A stretch of 64,000 nt of DNA from an uncultured Verrucomicrobiae bacterium (GTDB taxonomy: Bacteria > Verrucomicrobiota > Verrucomicrobiia > Chthoniobacterales > UBA10450). Below are positions 1 through 10,774 of the stretch, in pieces. Numbering within the stretch: the first letter of the stretch is position 1; every line of letters starts with the position of its first letter. The position numbers were made by a program, and so were the translations under genes. A model generated the notes under the pieces. The model had not been told where the DNA came from, did no database searches, and saw only the letters and a program-made list of their open reading frames with translations. The stretch lies in NCBI GenBank assembly GCA_963726745.1, contig CAVSDR010000006.1, positions 416,001-480,000 on the forward strand. The letters are read 5' to 3'.

Positions 1-821
1 GCGATGATGCGATAGATCGCGAACGGCGCGAAACCGCGCGCCCGCACCCAGTGCATGAACCAGGCGACGACCGCGAGCGCGACCACGAAGGAAACCGCGA
101 AACCGATCCCGAGCACGAGCCAGTTGTGCGTCGTCATGTGCAGCGGCGCGAGTTCATCTGGGCCGCCATGCTTCGGTGAGATCGTCTTCAGGAGATCATA
201 GCCGGTCGCGACCACCATCGTCGGCATCGAGAGGAAGAAGGAGAACTCGAGCGCCGCGGTGCGCGACATCCCGGCCACCTGGCCAGCCGCAATCGTGCAC
301 ATGGAACGCGAGGTCCCGGGAAAAATAGCCGACAAGATCTGGACCGCGCCGATCCAGAGGGCGCGCGGGAGATTCATCTCCTCCAGCCGCTGGATGTGCG
401 GCCGACGGCAAAGCGCATCCACCACCCACATGATCACGCCACCGATGAGGAGCGCCCAGCCCATGACCGCGAGGTTCTCGAGATTCTTCCCAATCTGCTT
501 TTTGAGCAGGAAGGCCGGGCCGGCCGTGACTACGAAAGCGAGCAGCGTGAGGCTAAGCGGGTGCGTGAGGAAATTGCGGTCGCCGCGCTCGCCCTTTGGG
601 AACGTGGCGATGAAATCGAGGATGCGTCTCCGGAAGTAGACCGGAAGGGCCAGGATCGCGCCCAGCTGGATGACGATAGAATACATCTTCCAGAAGCTGT
701 CGGCTAACGAGACGTGGAGCAGCGCCTCTACGATCCGCAGGTGGGCCGTGGAACTGACCGGCAAGAACTCAGTCACACCTTCCACGATTCCGAGGAGCAC
801 CGAGAGAAGAAAGTCGTTCAT
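1..821 (-). CDS. uppP: Undecaprenyl-diphosphate phosphatase (partial, runs off the left edge)
   Basis: Reverse strand from ATG at 821 reads MNDFLLSVLLGIVEGVTEFLPVSSTAHL, the BacA/UppP signature. PGTSRS and EFSFFLSMP motifs follow in frame. Not in the ORF track because the stop lies outside the window. Confidence 0.93.
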   Translation of the reverse strand, partial: MNDFLLSVLLGIVEGVTEFLPVSSTAHLRIVEALLHVSLADSFWKMYSIVIQLGAILALPVYFRRRILDFIATFPKGERGDRNFLTHPLSLTLLAFVVTAGPAFLLKKQIGKNLENLAVMGWALLIGGVIMWVVDALCRRPHIQRLEEMNLPRALWIGAVQILSAIFPGTSRSMCTIAAGQVAGMSRTAALEFSFFLSMPTMVVATGYDLLKTISPKHGGPDELAPLHMTTHNWLVLGIGFAVSFVVALAVVAWFMHWVRARGFAPFAIYRII

Positions 822-961
822 GCTATTGGGCGAGACCGGGCCAAGCTAGAAGGCGGCCCGGAAAGCGCAAGCCGCTCGCCGTTGGCCTGAAACGCGCTAT
901 CCTTGGCGCTCGCAAAGACGCGCTCGACGCCTCGTGGCGTGGGCCCTCTTGCCTCTAGATT

Positions 962-2107
962 TTGAAAGTGACTTACGATTATCTCATCGTCGGCGCCGGT
1001 TACGCGGGCAGCGTGCTGGCCGAGCGCCTCGCGAGCGACGCCGGCAAGAAAGTCCTCGTGGTCGATCGCCGGCCGCACATCGCGGGCAATGCCTACGACC
1101 ACACCGATGCCGCCGGCTTGCTGGTGCATAAATACGGCCCGCACATCTTCCACACGAACTCGAAAGAGGTCTTCGATTACCTCTCGCGCTTCACCGCGTG
1201 GCGGAAATTTGAGCATCGCGTGCTCGCTTTGGTCGAGGGCAAGTTGCTGCCTATTCCGATCAATCTCGACACCGTGAATCAGCTTTACGGGAAGAACCTC
1301 GACTCCGCCGGGCTGGAGAAATTCTTCGAGAGCGTGCGCGAACCGGTGGCCAATATCCGGACGTCGGAAGACGTGGTCGTGAGCACGGTCGGGCGCGATC
1401 TCTACGAGAAATTTTTCCGCGGTTACACCCGCAAACAATGGGGCCTCGATCCCTCCGAGCTCGGCGCGCAGGTGACCGCGCGCATCCCCACGCGCACGAA
1501 CCGGGACGATCGTTATTTTGGCGACACCTACCAGTCGATGCCGCTGCATGGCTTCACCCGCATGTTCGAAAACATGCTCGACCACGAGAACATCACCGTG
1601 CAGCTGAACACCGATTACCGCGACGTGAAGGATGCTGTCTCTTACCGTTCGATGATCTACAGCGGACCGATCGATGAGTTCTTCGATTTCCGTTTTGGCA
1701 AGCTGCCGTATCGCTCGCTCGAGTTTCGCCATGAGACGCACGACCGCGAATTTTTCCAGTCACGTCCGGTGGTGAATTACCCGAACGACTTCGACTACAC
1801 GCGCATCACCGAGTTCAAATACCTCACCGGCCAGGAGCACCCGAAGACGAGCATTGTCTACGAGTATCCGCGCTCCGAAGGCGACCCGTATTACCCGATC
1901 CCGCGGCCGCAAAACGCCGAGCTCAATGCGAAATACCAGGCGCTGGTGAATGAGACGCCCGGGCTGCACTTCGTCGGCCGGCTCGCTTCGTATCGCTATT
2001 ACAACATGGACCAGGTGGTCGCGCAGGCGCTCACGCTTTACTCGAAAATCCGCGGCGAAAAGCGCGGCGCCCGCACGTCGGCCGCGGACGCCGTCGCCAC
2101 GCGCTAA
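962..2107 (+). CDS. glf: UDP-galactopyranose mutase
   Basis: GAGYAG FAD motif, HKYGPHIFHT, YTRKQWG, GRLASYRYYNMDQ. Confidence 0.96.
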   Translation: MKVTYDYLIVGAGYAGSVLAERLASDAGKKVLVVDRRPHIAGNAYDHTDAAGLLVHKYGPHIFHTNSKEVFDYLSRFTAWRKFEHRVLALVEGKLLPIPINLDTVNQLYGKNLDSAGLEKFFESVREPVANIRTSEDVVVSTVGRDLYEKFFRGYTRKQWGLDPSELGAQVTARIPTRTNRDDRYFGDTYQSMPLHGFTRMFENMLDHENITVQLNTDYRDVKDAVSYRSMIYSGPIDEFFDFRFGKLPYRSLEFRHETHDREFFQSRPVVNYPNDFDYTRITEFKYLTGQEHPKTSIVYEYPRSEGDPYYPIPRPQNAELNAKYQALVNETPGLHFVGRLASYRYYNMDQVVAQALTLYSKIRGEKRGARTSAADAVATR

Positions 2108-2122
2108 CGACTCCCCACGCGC

Positions 2123-2619
2123 ATGGCCATCCGCATTCTCGTCACCGGCGGCACCTTCGATAAGGAATACGACGAGCTCAGCGGCCGGCTCTATTTCAAG
2201 GACAGCCACATGGCCGAGATGCTGCGGCTCGGGCGCTCGCGGGTGGAAGTGACCATCCGCACCGTGATGATGATCGACAGCCTGGAGATGACCGACGGCC
2301 GACCGTGCGCTCATCGTGCAGAACTGCGTTAGCGCCGAGGAAAACCAGATCGTGATCACGCACGGAACCGACACCATGACCGAAACCGCCGCCGCGATTG
2401 CGCGCGAAGTCGATCGGCAAAACCATCGTCCTGACCGGCGCGATGATTCCCTACGCCTTCGGCAGCTCCGATGGGCTCTTCAATTTAGGCAGCGCTTTGT
2501 CCTTCGTGCAGGTGCTCCCGCCCGGCGTCTACGTGGCCATGAACGGCCAGGCCTTCCCGTGGGACCGCGTGCGCAAGAATCGCGAACGCGGCGAGTTCGA
2601 GGAAATCCCCGCCGCTTAA
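2123..2619 (+). CDS. Small asparaginase-domain protein (two apparent +1 indels, near 2297 and 2412)
   Basis: TGGTFDK, ITHGTDTM and IVLTGAMIP motifs spread over three frames. Confidence 0.8.
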
Positions 2620-2679
2620 GAGCGGGACGCGCACGACCGTTGTGCGCGAATTCTTTTCCAGCTACACTCCGCGGCTCGC

Positions 2680-3510
2680 ATGACCTCACACGCCCCAGAG
2701 TTGATCATCGAAGCCGGGCATACCGAGCGGAATTACTGGCGCGATCTCTTTCGCTACCGCGAGCTCTTTTACTTCCTCGCCTGGCGCGACGTGCTCGTGC
2801 GCTACAAGCAAACCGTCATCGGCATTCTCTGGGCGGTCCTGCGGCCGCTGCTCACGATGATGGTTTTCACCTTCGTCTTCAGCCGCATCGCCAAGCTCCC
2901 GGCCGACGGCGTCCCCTACCCGGTGATGGTCTTCGCCGCGATGCTTCCGTGGCAGCTCTTCGCCACCTCGCTCAGCGAAGGCAGCGGCAGCCTGATCAAC
3001 AACGCCAACCTGATCTCAAAAGTCTACTTCCCGCGCCTGATCGTCCCCGCGAGCGCCGTCATCGTTTCTTTCGTCGACTTCGCCATCTCCATGGTCCTGC
3101 TCGCCATCTTGATGGCTATTTACCAAGTCTGGCCCGGCTGGCCGGTGCTCATGCTGCCGGTTTTCACTCTGCTCGCCCTGCTCGCCTCCGCCGGCGCCGG
3201 CATCTGGCTCGCGGCCCTGAACGTGAAATACCGCGACTTCCGCTACGTGGTCCCGTTCATCGTCCAGTTCGGCCTCTACATTTCGCCGGTTGGTTTTAGC
3301 AGCAACATCGTCCCGGAAAAGCTCCGTCTGCTTTACGCCCTCAACCCCATGGTCGGCGTGATCGACGGCTTCCGCTGGTCCGTCTCCCAAGGCCGCACCC
3401 CCTTTCCCACCGACAGCCTCGCGCTCTCTCTCATCACCGTCGCGTTCCTCCTCGTCACCGGCATCTGGTACTTCCGCAAAACCGAGCGCACCTTCGCGGA
3501 TGTGATCTGA
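2680..3510 (+). CDS. wzm: ABC-2 polysaccharide exporter permease (Wzm/RfbA-like)
   Basis: RYKQTVIGILW, NANLISKVYFPR, YRDFRYVVPF, LNPMVGVIDGFRW. Confidence 0.93.
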   Translation: MTSHAPELIIEAGHTERNYWRDLFRYRELFYFLAWRDVLVRYKQTVIGILWAVLRPLLTMMVFTFVFSRIAKLPADGVPYPVMVFAAMLPWQLFATSLSEGSGSLINNANLISKVYFPRLIVPASAVIVSFVDFAISMVLLAILMAIYQVWPGWPVLMLPVFTLLALLASAGAGIWLAALNVKYRDFRYVVPFIVQFGLYISPVGFSSNIVPEKLRLLYALNPMVGVIDGFRWSVSQGRTPFPTDSLALSLITVAFLLVTGIWYFRKTERTFADVI

Positions 3511-3583
3511 AGGGGCATTTCTGGCCTGGTCCCATGCCCAGAATTGGCGACGGTTTACGCAAGCCTCTGGATGACGCGAACCC

Positions 3584-4510
3584 TTGCCTTTGTCCCGGTG
3601 GTCTTTACCTTCAGCACCTTTTGCCGTGAGCGCTTCTCCTGAAAATCTGGCACGCACCTTCGAGGCGTTCGACACCGTGGACCGCTGTCCCGGATGTGGC
3701 AGCAAGGCCATTCAAACGAAGTTTTCTCCGGATATAGCGGAGTGTGAGAGCTGTGAGCTTTTATTTCGGAATCCGCGACCAACTCAGAACGAGATCGCGC
3801 GTTCATACAATACGGGCGCGACTTTCTCTGCCTGGCAGAATGAAGAGAAGATCCGCACCGAGATGTGGGCGCGACGTGCTGAGATCGTGGGCCGGTTTGC
3901 TCGATCGGGTCGACTGCTCGACATCGGGACCGGCGACGGCAAGTTCCTCCAGATCTGTCGCGAGCGCGGTTACGAGGTCACGGGGACTGAGGTTTCGGAA
4001 ACGGGCGCCGCTTACGCCCTCGGGCAAGGGTTTGACGTGCGGATGGGACAGTTCATTGATTTGGATCTGCCCGGTGGCTACTTCGACATCGTTACCATCT
4101 GGCACGTGCTCGAGCATGTGCCCGACCCGGGCGCGGTGCTCAGGAAGGCCCGGGAAGTTTTAAAACCGGATGGGCTCCTGATCGTGGCGGTGCCGAACGA
4201 GGAAAACTTCTTTGTGCGCCGAAGGCTCGGCCTTCCGATCCACCTAAACCCGTTCGGGCCTCTCCCGTTTGGAGGCGAAATTCACCTCAATTACTTCCGT
4301 CCGACGACGCTGCAGCGGACCCTCGCGGGCGCCGGCTTCGGCTTGCTCGAGTTTGGCGTGGACGACATCTACAGCCAGCGAGATGTCACCATGCGAGCGA
4401 AGCGTGGTTTGCAAAGACTCCTGGCCAGAAGCTTTCGCTGGCACTTCGCGGTCGCGATGTATGCCGCCTGCCGTAACCAGGGAATGCAGGCAGCCACGAC
4501 AGCGCTATGA
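3584..4510 (+). CDS. Class I SAM-dependent methyltransferase with N-terminal CxxC..CxxC (start uncertain)
   Basis: CPGC/CESC, LLDIGTGDG, WHVLEHVPDP. Confidence 0.85.
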   Translation: MPLSRWSLPSAPFAVSASPENLARTFEAFDTVDRCPGCGSKAIQTKFSPDIAECESCELLFRNPRPTQNEIARSYNTGATFSAWQNEEKIRTEMWARRAEIVGRFARSGRLLDIGTGDGKFLQICRERGYEVTGTEVSETGAAYALGQGFDVRMGQFIDLDLPGGYFDIVTIWHVLEHVPDPGAVLRKAREVLKPDGLLIVAVPNEENFFVRRRLGLPIHLNPFGPLPFGGEIHLNYFRPTTLQRTLAGAGFGLLEFGVDDIYSQRDVTMRAKRGLQRLLARSFRWHFAVAMYAACRNQGMQAATTAL

Positions 4511-5895
4511 CCTATCTCACCTTGGCGCTGCTGCGCGTGCGCGCTCTCCCCGCTCGCCTCGTGCAGTCGGCGGTGATCTGGATTTGGGCGGTCACCGCGA
4601 TCCGGCTGGCTAATTTCGTCCTCATCCTGCCGATCGCCCTGCGAGCACTCTCCAGCGAAGCCATTGGCCTCTGGTATCTGATGCTCAACATCGTCGGCCT
4701 GGTCACGCTGGTGGAGTTTGGCCTCTCGGCTGCCATCTCGCGTCAGGGGACTTTCTTCTGGGCTGGGACAGGCGACGACGAGAATACGTCCGGCGCCCGG
4801 GGTCCTAATTGGCGCGGCCTGCGCGGGCTGATCGAACTTGCCGGGAAGGTCTATGCTCTCCTGGGGTGGGTCAGTTTGCTCGCTTGCATCGCTGGCGCCG
4901 TCACTTTAGCGCTGACTCATTCGGCAGCGATGCTCCAGCCCTCTTCGCTGGCGGCCTATGGAATGTTGAGTTTTGCTGCCGTCCTGCGCATGCGTGGGCT
5001 GTTTTGGAACCCGCTGCTCTTCGGAATGCAGCGGGTACGCGAGTCGCAGCAGATTCAGTTCACCGCCATCCTCTTGTCTTACGCGGTTTCGCTTGGGGGC
5101 CTTTTGCTTGGCGGAAAGCTTTTAGCGCTCGCTTCCGGCCAAGTGTTGCTCCTTTTGTATCCGTTGTATCGCTCCCGCTACATCGTACGGAAGGAGATGC
5201 CGGAAATCTTCCGTCACGTCGCGGCGTCGGTGGACTGGCGGCCCATCTGGTCGGCTACTTGGCGCGCCGGGGCAACCGTCCTCGGTTCCTGGCTGGGAAC
5301 GCAGGGACTCGTATTTGCCTGCGGCCAGACTGCGGGCTTGAGCATCTCCGCCAGCTTCGCCATCAGCACGCTCGTGGCCTACACCGTGCACTACGCGGCG
5401 CAAAGCTGGCTCCTGGCGAAATACCCAACGATCAGTTCTATGTGGGCCACTTCCGACCGAGTCGGCATTGTGCGTTTGGCCAGTCGTCGAATTGCATTTT
5501 CGGTCGCGACTTACGTGGTGGCCGCAGCAGCGGCATGGTTTGCTTTGCCTAAGCTCTTGATCTTGGTCGGCTCCCGCACTTCTGCGCTGCCACCTGGTTA
5601 TCTCGCAGCCCTCTTCGCTGCGGCCGGCCTTGATCTGTTTGTCGCGCTGCACTCTTCTGTGCTCACGAGTTGCAACCTTTTCCCTCACCTCAAGGTAATG
5701 GTTGCGGGCGGCATTTTGACCATCATAACTGCGTTCATCCTCGGACACTGGTTTGGCGTTGCCGGCGTCCTCGCAGCCCCTCTCATTTGTCAGGGTTGCA
5801 CCACGCTCTGGGCAGTACCGTTAATCTGTTGGCGGACGATCGTGGGCGCCCTACGTCCCTTCCGTGCGCAGACCTTCACCACTGTCACAACCTAA
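4507..5895 (+). CDS. Wzx-like polysaccharide flippase
   Basis: 462 aa with roughly 12 hydrophobic segments, IGLWY...EFGLSAAISR MOP-type N-terminus, polysaccharide context. Confidence 0.7.
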   Translation: MTYLTLALLRVRALPARLVQSAVIWIWAVTAIRLANFVLILPIALRALSSEAIGLWYLMLNIVGLVTLVEFGLSAAISRQGTFFWAGTGDDENTSGARGPNWRGLRGLIELAGKVYALLGWVSLLACIAGAVTLALTHSAAMLQPSSLAAYGMLSFAAVLRMRGLFWNPLLFGMQRVRESQQIQFTAILLSYAVSLGGLLLGGKLLALASGQVLLLLYPLYRSRYIVRKEMPEIFRHVAASVDWRPIWSATWRAGATVLGSWLGTQGLVFACGQTAGLSISASFAISTLVAYTVHYAAQSWLLAKYPTISSMWATSDRVGIVRLASRRIAFSVATYVVAAAAAWFALPKLLILVGSRTSALPPGYLAALFAAAGLDLFVALHSSVLTSCNLFPHLKVMVAGGILTIITAFILGHWFGVAGVLAAPLICQGCTTLWAVPLICWRTIVGALRPFRAQTFTTVTT

Positions 5896-5908
5896 GAGTG
5901 CCGGGCCT

Positions 5909-6574
5909 TTGAACTTCAACGAATACAATTTCAATCCTTTTCAGTTCACTCCCTCGGAGGAACTACTTCTCGACGTTCACCGCCGGCACGTGCCCTTTTT
6001 TGCAGGATGCCGGATGGTCCTCGATCTGGGCTCAGGCCGGGGCTTGTTTTTGCGCGAACTCGCCAAGGCTTCGATCAAGGGCATCGGGATCGAAAATCAC
6101 CGCGAATCCATCGCCGAGGGACAGGCCCACGGCGTGCAATACTTCGAATCGGATATCTTTGAGTTTTTCTCCAGCGAAGCGGGACAAAAAGTGGCCCGGC
6201 AATGCGACGGCGTTTATTGCTGCTTTGTGCTCGAGCACCTGGATCCGGAGGAGGTGTTCCGATTGTTGCGCGCCATCAAGAGCGCCTGCGCGTCAGACGT
6301 TCGCTGCCGTTTTATTACCCACAATCCCGAAGACATTGATGCCTTGGGGACATGTCTTTACAGCGATCTTACTCACAAAAGACTTTATCCTCCGGCGATT
6401 CTTGCGGCGATGGCTCGGAGCCAGGGTTTCTGCCGCACTGAGTTTGCCACTTTCCTCGGAATCCGGTTAGGCATGCGCGATCAGATTCGGCGTGCCTGGG
6501 ACCGCCTCTTCTGGGGGAAGCACAAATGGCGACCGAATTACCATCTCGATTGCTTTGCCTCGAACGGCCGCTAA
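5909..6574 (+). CDS. Class I SAM-dependent methyltransferase
   Basis: VLDLGSGRGLF, VLEHL, DLTH; TTG start at 5909 assumed. Confidence 0.8.
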   Translation: MNFNEYNFNPFQFTPSEELLLDVHRRHVPFFAGCRMVLDLGSGRGLFLRELAKASIKGIGIENHRESIAEGQAHGVQYFESDIFEFFSSEAGQKVARQCDGVYCCFVLEHLDPEEVFRLLRAIKSACASDVRCRFITHNPEDIDALGTCLYSDLTHKRLYPPAILAAMARSQGFCRTEFATFLGIRLGMRDQIRRAWDRLFWGKHKWRPNYHLDCFASNGR

Positions 6575-6576
6575 GC

Positions 6577-7314
6577 ATGGACGCCAGCCATTTTTATTAC
6601 CTCAAGCGGTTTTTGCGGCTCTGCGACTCCCGCTTTTGCCGCCGCCAGGAAAGCGTCCACTTCGGCGGAGAAGATTTTCGATTTTTCGAGACCTACTGGT
6701 GGCCAAATGCCTCTCAGCCAATCTTCGAACAGGAGATTGGTCCTTACTTCGAGGTTCTGGACTCCATCTTGCTCAATCCTTCTCTGGTTCTGGACGTCGG
6801 CGCCGCTTCCGGTCACTTTGCCATTCCAATCGCCCGCCGCTTTCCGGAGGCACGGGTGATCTGCTTTGAGCCCGCCTTACGTCAACGCTTACTACTGAAG
6901 CGCAACGCAGCGTTAAATAAGATTACCAACTTTCAGGTGGAATCGGTGGGACTGTGGAACAAGCAAGACCTCCTGGCCTTTCGCACTAATGGCGCCGAAA
7001 GCTCATTCGCTTCCGTCAGTCGCTTTGCCGGAAGTCTTCCCTTCCCCGAACAAGTCCCGGTCATCACCTTGGACCAGTGGGCCAGCGAGCATCGGATTTC
7101 GTCGTTGGACTTGCTCAAGGCTGACGTTGAAGGCGCCGAACTGGCCATGCTCGAAGGCGGCCGGGAGACACTCCAAAAGTTTCATCCGCAGCTTCTGATC
7201 CAGGCTTATCATACAGTCGATGGTAGCCGGACCTTCGAGCGCTGCGCCGCTTTCGTCGAAAAGCTCGGCTATCGCGTTGCGGAACCCCATCCGGGTTTGC
7301 TTTATGCGAGCTGA
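6577..7314 (+). CDS. FkbM family methyltransferase
   Basis: LDVGAASG, CFEP, LLKADVEGAELAMLEG. Confidence 0.88.
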   Translation: MDASHFYYLKRFLRLCDSRFCRRQESVHFGGEDFRFFETYWWPNASQPIFEQEIGPYFEVLDSILLNPSLVLDVGAASGHFAIPIARRFPEARVICFEPALRQRLLLKRNAALNKITNFQVESVGLWNKQDLLAFRTNGAESSFASVSRFAGSLPFPEQVPVITLDQWASEHRISSLDLLKADVEGAELAMLEGGRETLQKFHPQLLIQAYHTVDGSRTFERCAAFVEKLGYRVAEPHPGLLYAS

Positions 7315-8417
7315 AGGCAATGGCGGAGAACCATCAGTCGTCTACTTTGTCAGCGGCGATATTTACCAAATATCGACCGGCGGAACACTGTGCGATCGCA
7401 TGGTGGTCGACGAACTTCGCCGGAATTACAGGGTCCGTATAGTCATTCCCCAGAGCCGGTTTTTCGCGAGCTTTCAGCGTCCGCTGTTAGTCGGATTACT
7501 TAATAACGCTCGGAACCTTACCCTGCGATTCCCCAAGGGATCGCTTGTCTTCGTCGACCACGGGATCTACCGCGATCTTTTCCTGGTCGCGCAATTGTGG
7601 AGGTTCCTTTACCGCTGTCGCGTCGTCGCCTTGGTCTACCACCTCGATTACACGGTCGCAGAGGTGAAAGGAGGGCGACGGCTGCGGCGACTGGTGGAGA
7701 AGATGATGGTGCGTGTTTACGATTTTGTCCTAACGATCAGCAAGAGCACCACCGAACAACTCCTGGCGTTGAACTACCCGCCGGAGCAGATCTCTAGGAT
7801 CCCGGTTAGCCGACGCTTTCAGCCTGGGACCCTTGACCGCCCACGGAGGAACCAGGCGGGGCCAACACGCATGCTCTTTGTGGGCACGGTCCAGCCCCGG
7901 AAGGGGGTCCACGACGCGATCGCTGCTGCGGGCTCACTGTTCGGAGGAATATCCAATCGTCCTCCAGATAGTCGGCGATTTTGATCCGCAGTCCGCTTAC
8001 TACCAAAACCTGCTGCAAGCCGCAGCGGAGTTCCCAAAGTTGCAGGTAGAGCTTCCCGGAAGAGTAAGCCAAGACGAACTTTCCGCCTATTTCCGAGCCG
8101 CGGATGTCTTTATCTTCCCAAGCCAGTGGGAAGGCTATGGCATCGCCATTGAAGAGGCCATGTGTTTTGGACTTCCTGTCGTGGCTTACAACGCCGGCTC
8201 GGTGGCGGAATTGGTGGAAGATGGCACCACCGGCTGGCTAGTAGCGCCAGACGACCTCGCCGCTTTAACCGAAGCGGTTCGCGAGTGTGTCCAGGATATC
8301 GCCGAACGCGAGCGTCGCGGGAAGGCCGGCCTTGAGAAAGCGCGCCTGCTTACGGAGGGGCAAGACCTTGGCAAGATTCTAGAGGAAGCAATCGCTGCTG
8401 CTTCATGTGCAAATTGA
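7304..8417 (+). CDS. GT4 glycosyltransferase (frameshift near 7930-7945)
   Basis: LFVGTVQPRKG in the first frame; PSQWEGYGIAIEEAMCFG in the second. Confidence 0.85.
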
Positions 8418-9571
8418 TGTCGCCGTCTGCAAAGCTGGTTATCGACGGTCTCCCGCTGTTTAATCCTGCAGTTGGCCTTGGCGCCTACACTCTACGACTT
8501 ATTGAGGGACTGCTGAGACATGCCCCGAGTCTGCCGTTCCAAGTGGTCGTTCCTTCCTGGATCGCCGTGCCTTCGACCTTACCTAATGAGGCAGTCATTC
8601 GACTTTCGGGAGCGCCCCAGTTTAACAACCCTCTGCTCACAGCAATCTTCTGGGGCTTCCGAGTCACTCAATTCGCGGCCAACCTGCCGCCTGAATGTGT
8701 CTTCCACGCGCCGGCTCCGATCACAGGTCTACGGCATGCCCGGATTACCGTAGTCACCATCCACGACGTTCTCTATCGAACACTTCCCGGTTACTTTGGC
8801 CGTTTTGGCATCCGCAAAAGCTACCTGCTTGCGACTGAGCGCTACGCCGCGAACTCATCAATGGTCTTTACGCAAAGCGCCTACAGCCGTCACGACATCG
8901 TTGCCAAAACAAGAATTCCCGAAACTAAGGTGCAGATACTTTCTCCATGGCCGTCACGCGCATTTTTTGAATTAGAATCCGTGGATGAGCGAACCGAATC
9001 GGTCCGCCGCCGGCTCGGATTGCCCCTGCGATACTGGCTTTACCTTGGCGGATACGATCGCCGGAAAAATGTGGAATTCTTAGTCAAGGCTTACGCGCAA
9101 GCGCGTCGGCAAATTCGTTCACTTCCGCCGCTCGTCCTGGCAGGAGACATTCCCTCCCAACGCCATGGCATGATTTGCGATGTCGCCGGGACCATCAGGA
9201 GCACTAAGCTCTCCGCGGAAACTATCTTTTTAGCCGGGGCAATCGAGAACGCTGATCTTCCCTATGTTTATCGCGGAGCGTCACTGCTAGTTTATCCATC
9301 GTTAGCGGAAGGCTTCGGGCTGCCGCCGGTCGAGGCGATGGCCGTGGGGACACCGGTGCTCGTGGCCGATAACTCCAGCCTCCCCGAAGTCACCCGGAAT
9401 TCCCATTGCTTATTTAGCGCAAGCGATGAGGAATCTTTAGTCGACAAACTGGTGGCCGCCGCGACCGACGAAAGCCAGTTCCGGGTGTCGCTACCCCAGG
9501 AATACACCGAGGAACACGGAATCCACCGTTACCAGGTCCTGCTGGCAGAAGCGGCCCGGAAGGCGAAATGA
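8405..9571 (+). CDS. GT4 glycosyltransferase
   Basis: TIHD, RKNV, YPSLAEGFGLPPVEAMAVG. Confidence 0.92.
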   Translation: MCKLMSPSAKLVIDGLPLFNPAVGLGAYTLRLIEGLLRHAPSLPFQVVVPSWIAVPSTLPNEAVIRLSGAPQFNNPLLTAIFWGFRVTQFAANLPPECVFHAPAPITGLRHARITVVTIHDVLYRTLPGYFGRFGIRKSYLLATERYAANSSMVFTQSAYSRHDIVAKTRIPETKVQILSPWPSRAFFELESVDERTESVRRRLGLPLRYWLYLGGYDRRKNVEFLVKAYAQARRQIRSLPPLVLAGDIPSQRHGMICDVAGTIRSTKLSAETIFLAGAIENADLPYVYRGASLLVYPSLAEGFGLPPVEAMAVGTPVLVADNSSLPEVTRNSHCLFSASDEESLVDKLVAAATDESQFRVSLPQEYTEEHGIHRYQVLLAEAARKAK

Positions 9572-10698
9572 CTGCGCGGCTCAAAGTCGGCATTGACCTG
9601 GCCGCGATCGCTTTCCGGCACCGGGCTCCCGGCACGGCCGTGCACATTGCCAACCAGGCGATGGCATTGTTAAAGACGAAGGTGGATTGGGACTGGGTGC
9701 TTGTCGCAACACCCCGCGTGCTGGAAGACTCACCGGAGTTTGCGGCTTGGAACCCGATCATTGTGCCCGACATTCCCTTAAGCCTCCATGCGACCTTCCG
9801 GGTGGGATATCTTTGGGCGCGCGCCGGATGCGCCCTTGGGCTCGCGACAGTTTTTTTTGCGCCCGTATATGGTCCTCCGGTGGTGGTGAACTATTTCGAC
9901 GCGAGTGCGCATTTCACCCATGAATCGCCGCAATACACGATCAAGTTTCGCATCCTGCAGTTGCTCGCCACGTTTTCGCGTTGGCGTTCGCGCGCCTTGT
10001 TTATCCTCTCTGATTATGGACGACGCCGCATGCTCGAAGTGGCGCCCGCGACCGCTGGTAAATGGGTCGTGACCTACTGCGGCTGTCCCGCCATACCTCC
10101 AGCGCCCGCGCTGAGCCCTCCATGGGCTGCTTCTCTCCGTGACCGGCGATTCATTCTCTACAGTGGGGAGATGAACGAGAACAAAAATCAGCGGCGTTTG
10201 ATCGCTGCCTGGGATCTGGCTCGGCGGCGCCATCCGGATTTTCCCGCCTTGGTCTTGATTGGCCCGAGTGTCGCTGCTTACCGCCAAGATATCATCGAAG
10301 CGGCGCGGATGAAGACCGCGTTCCCGGATGAAGTCATCATCCCCGGCTACGTCCCACGATCCGAACTCGCATGGGCTTTCCGCAAGGCCCATGCCTATGT
10401 CCAGCCGTCATTCGCGGAGGGTTTTGGTTTGCCGATCATCGAAGCGATGAGCTGCGGCGTTCCGGTCGCCTGCTCAAATACGACAAGTCTCCCGGAAGTG
10501 GCCGGTGGAGCAGCGCTCCTCTTTGATCCCGCTAACGTGGAGGACATCGCCACCGTCCTGTCTGACTTGGTGAACGACGAGGAGCGGCGGCAGCAACTGC
10601 GGGCCGCCGGGACAATCCGTGCGCAAGACTTCACGTGGGAAGCACACGCCGCGATCGTGGCGGAGCGCATCCGCATCGAGTTGCAACGTCTTCGTTGA
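9568..10698 (+). CDS. GT4 glycosyltransferase
   Basis: KNQRRLI, PSFAEGFGLPIIEAMSCG, SLPEVAG. Confidence 0.92.
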   Translation: MTARLKVGIDLAAIAFRHRAPGTAVHIANQAMALLKTKVDWDWVLVATPRVLEDSPEFAAWNPIIVPDIPLSLHATFRVGYLWARAGCALGLATVFFAPVYGPPVVVNYFDASAHFTHESPQYTIKFRILQLLATFSRWRSRALFILSDYGRRRMLEVAPATAGKWVVTYCGCPAIPPAPALSPPWAASLRDRRFILYSGEMNENKNQRRLIAAWDLARRRHPDFPALVLIGPSVAAYRQDIIEAARMKTAFPDEVIIPGYVPRSELAWAFRKAHAYVQPSFAEGFGLPIIEAMSCGVPVACSNTTSLPEVAGGAALLFDPANVEDIATVLSDLVNDEERRQQLRAAGTIRAQDFTWEAHAAIVAERIRIELQRLR

Positions 10699-10774
10699 AG
10701 CGGAAAACGTCCTCGCCGGCGCTGGACGGACGTGGCAGGGTTCGCCTAATCCGGCCAGGTTGCCGGGTCCTGCG

